DNA of 63,963 nt, counting the filler, from Bigelowiella natans CCMP2755 (taxonomy: Eukaryota > Protista > Cercozoa), in assembly GCA_000320545.1 (NCBI GenBank). It is 6 parts of 6 records of this genome, joined end to end, with 100 filler letters (N's around TTAATTAATTAA, not from the genome) between each part and the next. Parts side by side here need not be neighbours in the genome. Positions count along the whole stretch, not along the records: positions 9,001 to 29,442 come from ADNK01001561.1; positions 29,543 to 39,788 come from ADNK01000922.1; positions 39,889 to 56,445 come from ADNK01003474.1; 3 more parts are not named here. One strand, given 5' to 3'. The notes under the pieces are model-generated. The model worked only from the letters and a program-made list of their open reading frames with translations. It was not told where the DNA came from and did no database searches. Below are positions 27,820-39,909 of the stretch, piece by piece (within the stretch, counting starts at the first letter, position 1; every line of letters starts with the position of its first letter). Made by a program: the position numbers and the translations under genes.

Positions 27820-28404
27820 AAGCAGCTTTGGAACCAAACGCCTAATCTACCTGTATATTTGTGGAGCTCTGTAAGACACATGAAACCAGATAATTGTCCT
27901 TTTCTCTCCTTCTCTATCTCCCACTCTCTCTAAAGCACACGCACACGCACACGCACACGCACACACACACTTACACACGCATATTGGTGAATGACATAAT
28001 ATATGTGCGTGTGTGTGCGTGGTGTATTTGAGGAATAGCTGAGCGACTTTCACCAATTCGTCTCTACTTGTATTTATGTATTTTGTGGGAAGGGAAAACA
28101 GATTTTGCTTTTCTTACTGTTTGGTTTCGTCGCTGCGACGGCGAGTATAGCAAACTAAATCGATAAGCAGACATGAGATAATACATGCATGTTCCTCAAA
28201 CGACATTGTACCCATATTGTGGTACAATGATACACGGCGAGCACACAAACAATCAGCATCCACACTACATCAAGCATAAGGAGGAGTGAAGTGTAAAGTT
28301 GGTTGCATTCCATGGACGTAGTCTTGGTATGATTGCGTGCGTGTGTGCGCAAGAATGAAAATATTCTGCTCATTCGTTGAATTACACACTTATGCATCGT
28401 GTGC

Positions 28405-28455
<51 letters not shown>

Positions 28456-28635
28456 CTCCATACTTACAACAGCATGAATATTACCAAAACTGCTGTAAAA
28501 AAGATAAGAATCTCCATGAGTCTGGACGATTGTGGCGCATCTAGGGTTGGCGTTGGATCCTGCTCTTTTGCAAGCTCCCTTGCCTTCTCTCGAATAGCCT
28601 TTCTCAGCTGTATCTCTGTAAATATATAAATATAT

Positions 28636-28671
<36 letters not shown>

Positions 28672-28702
28672 TATAGATATGTGTGTGTGTGTGCGTGAAG
28701 AG

Positions 28703-28738
<36 letters not shown>

Positions 28739-29305
28739 CATAGATGCAAAGAGATTGATCATCCCATGCACAAGCACCACCCCTCGGAGATCGTGAGCGC
28801 TTTCGCCGTTGCATTTTCTTCACATGCTGCTCTTCCAAATCCGTCTGCTTCTGGTCGCATGCCCGGCAAATCCTCTGCAAGAAGTAAGTGAAATAGAAGG
28901 GAAAATCGAAGGAGTAAGGGGGGGGTATAAAGGGGGGATGGGAAAGAGGAGGATAGCAAGCAAGCACAACTGTTTCTTCAGATAATCTTACGTGCGAGCA
29001 CACAGACGCACTACATAAGGCCCCAACATCTCCGGTTTTGAAAGCGTGAACACAATGGTTACAATAACATTGAAAATCCATAGCGGAGACACGACATGGC
29101 AGTAGTTGTTTTTGCGAGGAATTGTGTGCAGGACACCAGCACACAGAGGCAAAGCACCTGAGAGCCCGGTCCGTAGTACTCAGCGAACTGCGGAAGCTCT
29201 CGCTCTATATACGTGCAGCTGCTGCACATCGCCTAAGGAACAATGTAGTCTCGTATCAATACTTACCACCCCCCCCCCCCACACACACACTTATATAGTA
29301 TATAT

Positions 29306-29372
<67 letters not shown>

Positions 29373-29414
29373 GCGAGAAACAACTTTATGCTTAATTATC
29401 AACTTTGTTTACCA
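27820..29414 (-). CDS. Multi-exon protein with a Cys/His zinc-finger-like domain (ends uncertain)
   Basis: Spliced WCPAH...CYCNHC..FKTGD...CSASVCSH|RICRAC, followed by a coiled-coil exon IQLRKAIREKARELAKEQ. Confidence 0.45.
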
Positions 29415-29442
29415 TGGGTCAGGGCGTCCATCCTATCATGCA

Positions 29443-29542
29443 NNNNNNNNNNNNNNNNNNNNNNNNNNNNNNNNNNNNNNNNNNNNTTAATTAATTAANN
29501 NNNNNNNNNNNNNNNNNNNNNNNNNNNNNNNNNNNNNNNNNN
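29443..29542. other. Artificial gap spacer
   Basis: 44 N + TTAATTAATTAA + 44 N. Confidence 0.97.
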
Positions 29543-29613
<71 letters not shown>

Positions 29614-29642
29614 TTGTTTATTTATATATGCACGGTTGTCAG

Positions 29643-29738
29643 CGCCAACGATCAGCAAGAATTCGATGAGATTATATCTCCCCGGCAGCGTCACGAGCTC
29701 AAGTCATTATTTACAACTGCATAGTGATGATGATGATA

Positions 29739-29771
<33 letters not shown>

Positions 29772-29825
29772 GGAATCAACGACGGTGAATGCTACTGTAA
29801 GCTTCCTTTGCCTTCAAATCTTTGC

Positions 29826-29867
<42 letters not shown>

Positions 29868-30532
29868 CCTACCAAGGCTAAACCTGTCAATATACGTGCC
29901 GCTGACAGAATCAACACTTAGCCTGTCCCACCCCCTTCCCCCCCCCCTTCCCTCTTACTATTTGCATCGGTATTACGATATGGAAAGACGCGCTATTGAG
30001 TGGCACAAAGAGGCTAGGAGTGAGATACAGCCTTACGTTGATAAGGTGGTGATGATGGTGATTGTGGTAGTAGGACGTTGGTGGGCTGCGACAATGACGA
30101 TGATGATGATGATGATGATGATGATAATGGCGACGACGATGATGCTGTCGATGCTGATCTTGGTGTTGGTGTTGATGACAATGTCAATGTTTGAGGTTGT
30201 TGGTGACCACGATGACGACTTCCAACGTCAAACAAAAAAGCGATTGCATATGATGAAACCATCGATAAGACCATGCGTGAGAGCACACACACACACATAC
30301 ACATACACATACATGTACGCACCCACGCAAACACACAAATAAACAAGTAATAAACACTCTGCACGTGCATATTGAGCAGCTGGACAAGGCTGGATTCGGT
30401 CCTGGTACTCGTTTGAAGAAACTGTCAGACTTCGTTCCGAGCGACCTCAGGGAGAGAGTCAAGCAATCACTGCCTCTCAGTAATCAATATCTATAGAAGG
30501 AAATCGCTGCAGATTCGAAGAAGAAGAAGTTT

Positions 30533-30563
<31 letters not shown>

Positions 30564-31113
30564 TCTAGGGCCATATCCCCTAGGGGGGGGTTTGATTCAA
30601 ACTCAGGGCCCCATGGCGCGGCTGGGGGGGGGAGAAATTTTGGAGCGATATCACCTACAAACACTTTGATCGAAGCTCAGGCACCGATGCTACTGCTGCT
30701 GCTGATGATGATGATGAAGATCATACTGTAAATACAGCGGATTGGGCTGACGTCAAATGGAGCAACTCGGTCAAGCCCCCCAGAGAGAGGGGGGGAGGGG
30801 GATAACACTGCTTACTGGCATTTTCTTGCCCTAACAAGATATTCTCCTCTTCTCGTGGCGTGTTCTCACAGTCGCTTTACGATGAAATCTGTTGTTCTTC
30901 CTTTTGCTCTGTTGGAAATACTACAACGGGTTCCATTTATCTCCCTCCTTGTTGTCGCGTGCGGTGTCCCTGTGCCCCCCCCCCCTTTCTTATTTCTTAT
31001 TTCCCTTTTCTTCCTCACCCTACCCAGAAACGCAAGTATAGAGCTTCGTTCTTTGAGTCGTCTGCAGATAGACCAAACCATCCATGTGTACTTGGGTGAG
31101 TGAATATATAAAT

Positions 31114-31154
<41 letters not shown>

Positions 31155-31423
31155 TGATCATCATGATGACATAATGAAGATGATGATGAAGATGATGATG
31201 ATGATGGTGATGATGGCTACAATGGTGTTTAGCTACTACGAGACTAGGGAGGAGGCAAACGGGGCACTTCTTAAATACGCCTATGGAAATCGGTGCGAAG
31301 GAAATGAGAGTAGATGTATATCAGCACATGCTAGTGTTAGATCAATGCAGCTCTGTGCGGTTACACACACACACACACACACACTTGCAAACACGACGAA
31401 GCAAACGAACAAGCAGCATAGTC

Positions 31424-31466
<43 letters not shown>

Positions 31467-31983
31467 TATATAGTTATAAATATATCACGTGTCATCGTTT
31501 GTTTGTTTCTGCCATCTACTTCTACCTCTAGGATGATGATGATGATGATGATGATGATTATCATCATCATCATTATTATTATCATTATTACCATCATCAT
31601 TACCGCACGGCAGCAACCCTCTCATCAAGCATGTGTGCGCTATGAAAAGTGATGATGTTCATGATCTTCTCAGTGCGACCTGTGGCGGCGCCGTCGCTTA
31701 TGAGGATCCTTTAACTACTCGAAGGTCATTCCTTCAATCGTTTCCTTTCTTTTGAGCTCGTTAGCCGCAGCATCATTTCAATTCCAATTTGTGTCGACGT
31801 GTGTGACCGTGGTGCTTGCAGGAGAGCCATGCTGCTGCAGGGGGGGCACAAGCCTCTCGCAGGTGGGTGGATACGCACGATGATGATTATCAACACACAC
31901 CTGTGTATTGTTATGTTTTGGTGAGAGAAGGAGAATTCTATCTACGTGTGTGTTTTGTGCGCTGTCTCTGTCGGAATTGTGTA

Positions 31984-32028
<45 letters not shown>

Positions 32029-32606
32029 TCTTTCCCCCCCCCCCCCCCCCCCTCTCCCCAATTAAAAATCTGTTCTAATAGCTCATAGCTAGCAATCTGA
32101 AAAACGCCATCATGTTTGCCTGTCTTCTCTGGGTAGTGACGGTGGAAGAGGCTGCTAGGATTATCTATGAAGATGGTTTCAATCAAAGGGATAAGGACAA
32201 GAAGAAGAAGAACAAGAAGAAGGAGAAGAAGGAGAAGGAGAAATCTAGCAATGAGATAAAGAAGAAGATGATGATGAGAGAGAAGTCTCCCTCCTCCTCT
32301 CAGTCCTACTACTCTTCCAAGTACTACTACACCTCCTCGAAAGGGGGGGGGGCGGATCGACTATCATCCTCAGCAATGAGGACGATGGTGGGGGAGGAAA
32401 CGACGAGGGGGAGGGGGAGGAGGAGGGGGGCTGGAGAGAAGGGGAGCAGGAGCCTTCACGACGGGCATGATGCGAAGAAGAAATCGATTGCAGAGTCGCG
32501 AACAGCATCCTCTTGTTCTTCATCATCAGCATCCTCGACTAAGGCGCTGTCGTGGAAGGTGGGAGGCGGTTTTGCGAATGGCGCTGAAAATACGATACGG
32601 ATGATC

Positions 32607-32641
<35 letters not shown>

Positions 32642-33281
32642 ATCCACGCCGAAGAGACGACACGACACGCCCAAAACGACGGCATCAATGCTCGTTCTCT
32701 CCAACTCCCCCCCCCCCCCCTGACGAGGGTCCCAATTAAAAATCTGTTCTAATAGCTCATAGCTAGCAATCTGAAAAACGCCATCATGTTTGCCTGTCTT
32801 CTCTGGGTAGTGACGGTGGAAGAGGCTGCCTAGATTTATCTTGGGAAGATGGTTTTCACTCAAGGGGTTGTGGCAGGAAGAAGAAGACCAAGTGAAAGGG
32901 GAAGTAGGGGAGGGAGAAATTAGCAATGAGTTAAACACGAAAATGACGATGTCAGGGACGTCTCCCTCCTCCTTTCGTTCCTATTACTCGTCAAAGTACT
33001 CCCACACCTCCTCGAAAGGGGGGGGGGCGGATCGACTATCATCCTCAGCAATGAGGACGATGGTGGGGGAGGAAACGACGAGGGGGAGGGGGAGGAGGAG
33101 GAGGACTGGAGAGAAGGGCAGCAGGAGCCTTCACGACGGGCATGATGCGAAGAAGAAATCGATTGCAGAGTCGCGAACAGCATCCTCTTGTTCTTCATCA
33201 TCAGCATCCTCGACTAAGGCGCTGTCGTGGAAGGTGGGAGGCGGTTTTGCGAATGGCGCTGAAAATACGATACGGATGATC

Positions 33282-33316
<35 letters not shown>

Positions 33317-33846
33317 ATCCACGCCGAAGAGACGACAACGACGACGCCAAAACGACGGCATCAATGCTCGTTCTCTCCAACTCCCCCCCCCCCCCCCTTC
33401 AAGGTTCCAACCTTTGCCAGGCGTGAGTTCTCCGACGAGGTGGACACGATGCTGCGCAGACCAGATAGAGAAGAATTCAACGGTTGCTATATCTCGACTA
33501 GCAGCACGAAAATAGCATCACAGAATAGAATGTCAGGATTTCTAATGCCCCCTCCCCCCCCTCCCCCACGCACCCGACCCCTCACTCCCAGATCAACTAC
33601 CCATTGGCGTTGAGTACAACGAGAAAATTAGGAAGTTTTCAGCTGTTCCGATTATAGACGGCAAGCGTCGTCACGTTGGGGACTTTGGAGACGTGGGGTA
33701 CTAATACTACTACTCCTCCTACTATTGCTATGCTTTAGAAGCGACAATAGCCAGCAGCAGTGACACGAGAAGAAGAAGAAGAAGAAGAGAGCAAATATTA
33801 TCGATGTTATCATCATGGAGAACATTAGAACTTCCAATTTACAGTG

Positions 33847-33878
<32 letters not shown>

Positions 33879-34614
33879 GCATATTTACACACACTAATTC
33901 TCGCCATCGACTTCGTTGTCCTCTTCAAGGTCCGCCATCAAGGCTGTCACCAAGGCCAGGTTTCCCCACCCCTCGATGCGGTGGGAGAAGCGCTTCGACT
34001 TGTTTGAGAACCCGTAAGAAAAAGCCAGCACCCACAAAGAGTGATAATCCAGAAGAGAAAAACCCTGATTTCTATGCTCATATCGATATGCAGCAATCAG
34101 TACATGTACGACACGGAGAGGGCTGCATGCTTTTCACCCCACTTTTCAATCCCCCCCCTCTCCCCCCCCCCCTTCTTCCTCTCCCTGTACGCAGCGCGCC
34201 TATGGACCGAGAGCTACATCGCGAGATTAGAGAAGAAGGTGGCGTTGCTTTACTTGATGATATGGCATTCTTCCTTCCTACAATAGAGAGCGGAAAGAAT
34301 GATGATGATGATGATGATAATAGTAGTAGTAGCACCCTCCTTTATTGCACCTGTAGTATTGTGCTTTCCAGAATAGAATGAGTGTGAGAGGGTGAAACCG
34401 TGTGCGGTACTTTATCTTGGTCAGGACAGCTATTACTACTACTACTTCTACTGCTACTACTACTACTAATACTACTACTATGCAATGTGTTCCTTGTTCA
34501 TTGACTCGAGATGGTAACATATCATCGTAGGCCTCTCTCAGATATCAGATCTCACGGTCAATAAGCTCGGTTTGCTTAAAGAAAGAAAAGGTTATCTATT
34601 CTCAGGCAAACACA

Positions 34615-34647
<33 letters not shown>

Positions 34648-35349
34648 CACAAACACGCAGCAGAGAGCAAGTGAGCAGCGCACCTGCACGAATGGCGGCA
34701 AGGGCATGATATCGTTCGTTGATGGCGGCTAAATACCGAGTTGTCGCGTACTGTTTGTGAGTTTTGTGATATACATGTATTTATATATGGTGGAAAGGCG
34801 CAAAGAAGAAAAGGAAACAGCAATCGGAAGATGGGCCGAGTCAAGAGTGAGCAGATTGATGTTTCATCAATGATAATACTTTTCTTCGTTGTCGGCTGCT
34901 TTCTAGTGGCATCTTCCCTTACCCCCCCAATTGGGGGGGGTGGGGGGCGGCGGGTTGGAAGCTGCATGCTATCGTCTCCTTGCGTTCTCTTCTCCTACGA
35001 TGCTTTCAAGCACAACCCCCTGATATCCCCCCCCTCTCCCCACTCCCCTTCCCTTATTCCCCAACCGAGAAGATATATACGCGGTGCTATGTACCGTCAA
35101 TCGGAGCTGAAGAAGAAACAAGATCGCAACTCAATGGCCTCGAGCCAACTGAACGATGGCTATGATGATGATGGCGAGGAGGAGGAGGACGTGTACTCAA
35201 GCAGCTCTCCATCGTATATCTCCGACTGCTCTCTGGTCATCATCTTATTGAGCATATTTCCTGCTTGTCTTTGTCACTACGCTTTCTCTAACGTCCTTTT
35301 CTGTGTGCGGAGTATCTCTGATCCAGCGCTGCTTGTGTTAAATGCATGC

Positions 35350-35387
<38 letters not shown>

Positions 35388-35636
35388 GCGTGTGTGTGAA
35401 CATCGATCAGGCGGAAAAACAACGGAAGTTTCGCCATGGATTTAGACGGGAGTTGAAGAGGAAGAGAAAGATGATGGAGGAAAAGAATGGGCGCAAGTAT
35501 GATGAAAGGTTCGTGTGTGAGATTGGTTGCGTAAGTGTGTTTGTGTGTGTCTGGGTGTTATAGAAAGTTATCTTTATAATTTTCACCCCATCCATCCTTC
35601 TCCTCTTTCATGTTTGCTTTTATGTATATCTACTGT

Positions 35637-35703
<67 letters not shown>

Positions 35704-36107
35704 AGGAGCATGGACGACGCTGCCTTGAGTGAGATCACCACGCTGGCAAAACGACGAAAAGAGCTGCGTGAGAGGTGCTATTTGTTGCTTCTGAAAGCGA
35801 TTCTTTAAATGAATTGTCACATAAGAAGAATGCCATATGCTGCTGCTGCTGCTGCAATAACGTCCATTGCTTATTATATATATGAATTATATTTTATATC
35901 ATTGGTACACCCCCCCACCCCCACTACTGCTACTATTATTCAGGAAAGAGGCAAATTCCTGGCAAAGGAGGCGAAAATGGGGAAAGCAGCAGCCCGTGCC
36001 CATGATGAGAGACGACATGGACGATAGAGGAAGGAAGGGCAAATTAGCGAAGGAGAAGGCACAACAACCGCCTTGTGAAGGAGCGCTGTTTCCGTTTGGT
36101 ACTTACA

Positions 36108-36148
<41 letters not shown>

Positions 36149-36150
36149 GC

Positions 36151-36197
<47 letters not shown>

Positions 36198-36420
36198 CAT
36201 CATATTGGCACGTAGCATTTTTCTCAAATATCGTATGCAGTTAAATAATATATGTATACAAATGTATTTATATTTTTACAATATTTACATAATAGGTCGA
36301 GGCAGATGTGATGAATTTGGACTGCCTCTCGACGAGGATCTTTACGCAGAGGAGAGAAGAGCGCAGCGCGAGAAGATGATCGTGAATAAAAGACTCACTA
36401 GAAACATTCCTCTTGGCTAA
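29643..36420 (+). CDS. Large multi-exon protein with at least two AP2-like DNA-binding domains (5'-truncated)
   Basis: Spliced KRKYRASFF...CVLG|YYETREEANGAL (31028-31291) and LPIGVEYNEKIRKFSAVPIIDGKRRHVGDFGDVG|SAIKAV (33593-33950); basic NLS-like exons; final exon ...RLTRNIPLG* at 36420. Confidence 0.6.
32056..33397. repeat. ~674-bp direct tandem duplication
   Basis: TCCCAATTAAAAATCTGTTCTAATAGCTC... starts at 32056 and 32730. The copies are near-identical except for a heavily substituted stretch at ~32830-33005. Confidence 0.92.
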
Positions 36421-37121
36421 TAACCATAATGAAATATAATTATATGCAGCGAAAACCCGGCTTGCGATGAATCACTGTGTGGATACATGCATTTATTCAT
36501 TAGCGCTTATGAAGATGTTGCTCTATACGCCAAACGTACTCAGAATGGTCATTAGCGTATAGCGCAGCTCGTGCACGCCATATGCATACATACCGTAGCA
36601 TGCTGCATGTGTAGCGAGATTTTATCTATCCATGGTGTGTCGATCGAGAGTTCAGATTGTTCAGCACGTTACGGCGCCATGATTATCATGTCATATACAG
36701 CACGTGCAGTGCCGTAGACATGACGATGGACTGTGTACAGCCTAACGTTGCATTCATTTGATCTGCTATCGAGCAACATGCCAAATGGCATCATGCGCAT
36801 GTTAGTAGCGACGCTATGATCACTGTCATCATTGTTCATGTACCCTTTAGTTTTGATTCTATCTGTTATCTGTATTGTAACAAATATCGCTGGTGCACAA
36901 CATGTGCCGATCAAATAAAAGTCTGCTACGTAATAAACGTTCCTTTCTGTAGCATGACACTCGTAGCATAGCCCACAACAACCGAATAGCGCTGGAATCT
37001 TAACATAAGTGCAGTTGGTTGGTTCATTCTCATCATGACTCCAATTCCTGCAGAGCTTGCTCCATCTACGTTAGTAGTGCATTTTTGTTGAAATATCTAT
37101 GAGACCTCATATGCACACGCT

Positions 37122-37164
<43 letters not shown>

Positions 37165-37279
37165 ACACACGCATACTCAGACACCGATAAAAGCTTGTCT
37201 TTCGGAGAAAAATTGACCACTCTCGGTCACCAAAGGCTAAGTTTTTAAGTTCATGCCTTGGATTAATAACATGGTTAAT

Positions 37280-37669
37280 TACTTGCTGGTTTCTCTCTTC
37301 AAGTGACTGCAGCTTCGCTGTGAGCTTGGATATCACCTATTGAACATGCCGGTCTTAGCACAAGAGCCCCCCACAACTTATGGCATGTGCCGTTGCAGCA
37401 GAGGGAGAAGAAACGAATTTGAAATGCAAGTTTGATTGCGTGCGTTTGTTGTCTAAAGATTTCCGAGCTTCTATTTTGTATTAAGTTCTGTTGTCATTAC
37501 GTTATCTTTCTTGCCCACAGTCTTTTTTACCATCTCGTGAAGTGAAGTAATCTTTGGAAGAAACACACGCAAAATCATGGCGATTGCTCTTATATGATCG
37601 TGGATTTACCTCCAAGAAATGCTAGAGATGCCCTTGTGAGGAATAAAACGAAGAAGGAAACGTGGAAAT

Positions 37670-37711
<42 letters not shown>

Positions 37712-39010
37712 AGCAAGGCCTGTTAGGCGACATGAGGTGCGACTAACAACCTCTTTGGCGCTTTTCTGTGCTGCCGTATCTTTGATCTGGGAGAATCATC
37801 ATGGGAAAACCGACAATCACAGAAAAGCATTAGTGCACAGAGCGCAGCGAGGTAATTCAGGAAATCAGCACACCTTTTCTATCTCCGTCGTGTACTTTTG
37901 TTCTTGTGCCGCCTTGATAAACACGAGAAACATGATGTTAGCTTCCAAGCATAACGTTGCAGCTTCTCTTTTCTCGAGCAGAAGTTGGAAGAAGTCTCCC
38001 CCCCCCCGCCCCCCACTTTCCCTTCCCCTGTTCTATCCTACCATGCTGAATTTGAGGTTTCGTATCTCCTCCTCGGATTCTTTAAGCTTCGAGATCAGAC
38101 CCTTTCAAATCGTGCCATAGCGTGATGTGAGACCAGGGAGGGAGGGAGAGGACAGAATGAAAGGTTGAGAAGCGGAAAGAGAGAGAGAGAGAGAGTGAGT
38201 GAGTGAGAGAGAGAGAAAACTTAGACACAGAGTGAGATTTCTCTGCTGCTATTGATGAAACCTACCGCTTCTTCCGTGCGACCGTCGCGCTGCATCTGCT
38301 TGATCTTGTTTTGTAGGTCCGAGCAATGGCCCTGAGTGTGTATCATTACTTGATTTGATTGATTTGAATCTGTGTCTGCGCACTAGCGCATTATGAGCTC
38401 TTGCCAGTGGCGAAGACACGGCGGAAGAAGGCTTTTGAAATAGAACAGATGCAGGTCCTCGGAAGGTGTTGCGTATGGTAGGCAAGCTAATAATCATTCT
38501 CTCCCTCCTTCCATGCTGTGAAGCTATTAGCTAATGGCCATTGGCAGATGCTATAGTTTTGCTTTACTAGTCTCTAAAGACTTAATGAAACGGAACTATC
38601 TACACTCAGCAAACCTCTTTCTCACGAGCCTCCATGCGTACAGAAGCCAACTGAAATAAAAACACAGACGATACAATGACAGGGGAATGCAAGCGACGGG
38701 GGAAGGTCACGCTCAGGGGAATGATCAACACTTTCGTGTACGGGTGATGGCTATGTTTGCCAAACCTTCGATTTTAGAGACTCAAGTTCTATTTGAAGTC
38801 CCTCAACCTCCCCGGAAGCTGTAACAAAAGCATGCATAAAAATGTGGGGGGGGGGGGGGTCCAGTGATTATTTATCATCATGGCGAGAGTGCTCGTCGCT
38901 ATCGTCCTTGTACAAATGAAGGCTGGTGTTGATCTGTGATACCGTCAAGTGTCTTTTCCTTCCATCTTTGGAGCTCCAAACCTCTATCTTCGGCGAGCTT
39001 GCGGTACCTG
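37280..39010 (-). CDS. Multi-exon coiled-coil protein (boundaries uncertain)
   Basis: AG/GT-bounded exons GLISKLKESEEEIRNLKFSM, AQEQKYTTEIEK and VISKLTAKLQSLEERNQQ. Confidence 0.5.
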
Positions 39011-39788
39011 GTGCAAGGAAGGATAAATGGTAATAAGTTCTAGATACTTTGTATGTTATAAGAAACATGCACTCACACACGCACGCACGCATATTTTCTT
39101 ATTTGCACATCCATATGAACATACGCTCTGTGTGAGTTTTAGTGTTATCGAGGGGAGAAAGAGGTATGGCCCGACTTTTTGGTGGCTGCTTCGATTCGCT
39201 TATTTGTCTCCCTCTCGCCGGTTACCTGATCACGCAAAGGAAATGAGTGGTGTAGAGGATACAATGACATGTGATAATTTTATGAGATGTACAGATCAAA
39301 CAGTTTTAGCAGAGCATAAGTTTCTTCCCTATTATTTAGATTTCAGTGTACCCCCCCCCCCCCAAATTTCCTTTGCGTGATCAGGTAACCGGCGAGAGGG
39401 AGACAAATAAGCGAATCGAAGCAGCCACCAAAAAGTCGGGCCATACCTCTTTCTCCCCTCGATAACACTAAAACTCACACAGAGCGTATGTTCATATGGA
39501 TGTGCAAATAAGAAAATATGCGTGCGTGCGTGTGTGAGTGCATGTTTCTTATAACATACAAAAGTATCTAGAACTTATTACCATTTATCCTTCCTTGCAC
39601 CAGGTACCGCAAGCTCGCCGAAGATAGAGGTTTGGAGCTCCAAAGATGGAAGGAAAAGACACTTGACGGTATCACAGATCAACCCCACCCTTCATTTGTA
39701 CAAGGACGATAGCGACGAGCACTCTCGCCATGATGATAAATAATCACTGGACCCCCCCCCCCCCCCAAACTTTTTATGCATGCTTTTG
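38825..39788. repeat. ~420-bp inverted repeat (fold-back) running into the contig end
   Basis: 39366-39788 is the near-perfect reverse complement of 38825-39244, with a ~120-bp spacer. Confidence 0.93.
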
Positions 39789-39888
39789 NNNNNNNNNNNN
39801 NNNNNNNNNNNNNNNNNNNNNNNNNNNNNNNNTTAATTAATTAANNNNNNNNNNNNNNNNNNNNNNNNNNNNNNNNNNNNNNNNNNNN
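39789..39888. other. Artificial gap spacer
   Basis: 44 N + TTAATTAATTAA + 44 N. Confidence 0.97.
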
Positions 39889-39909
39889 TTGATTTCCTTC
39901 TAAGCTCTA

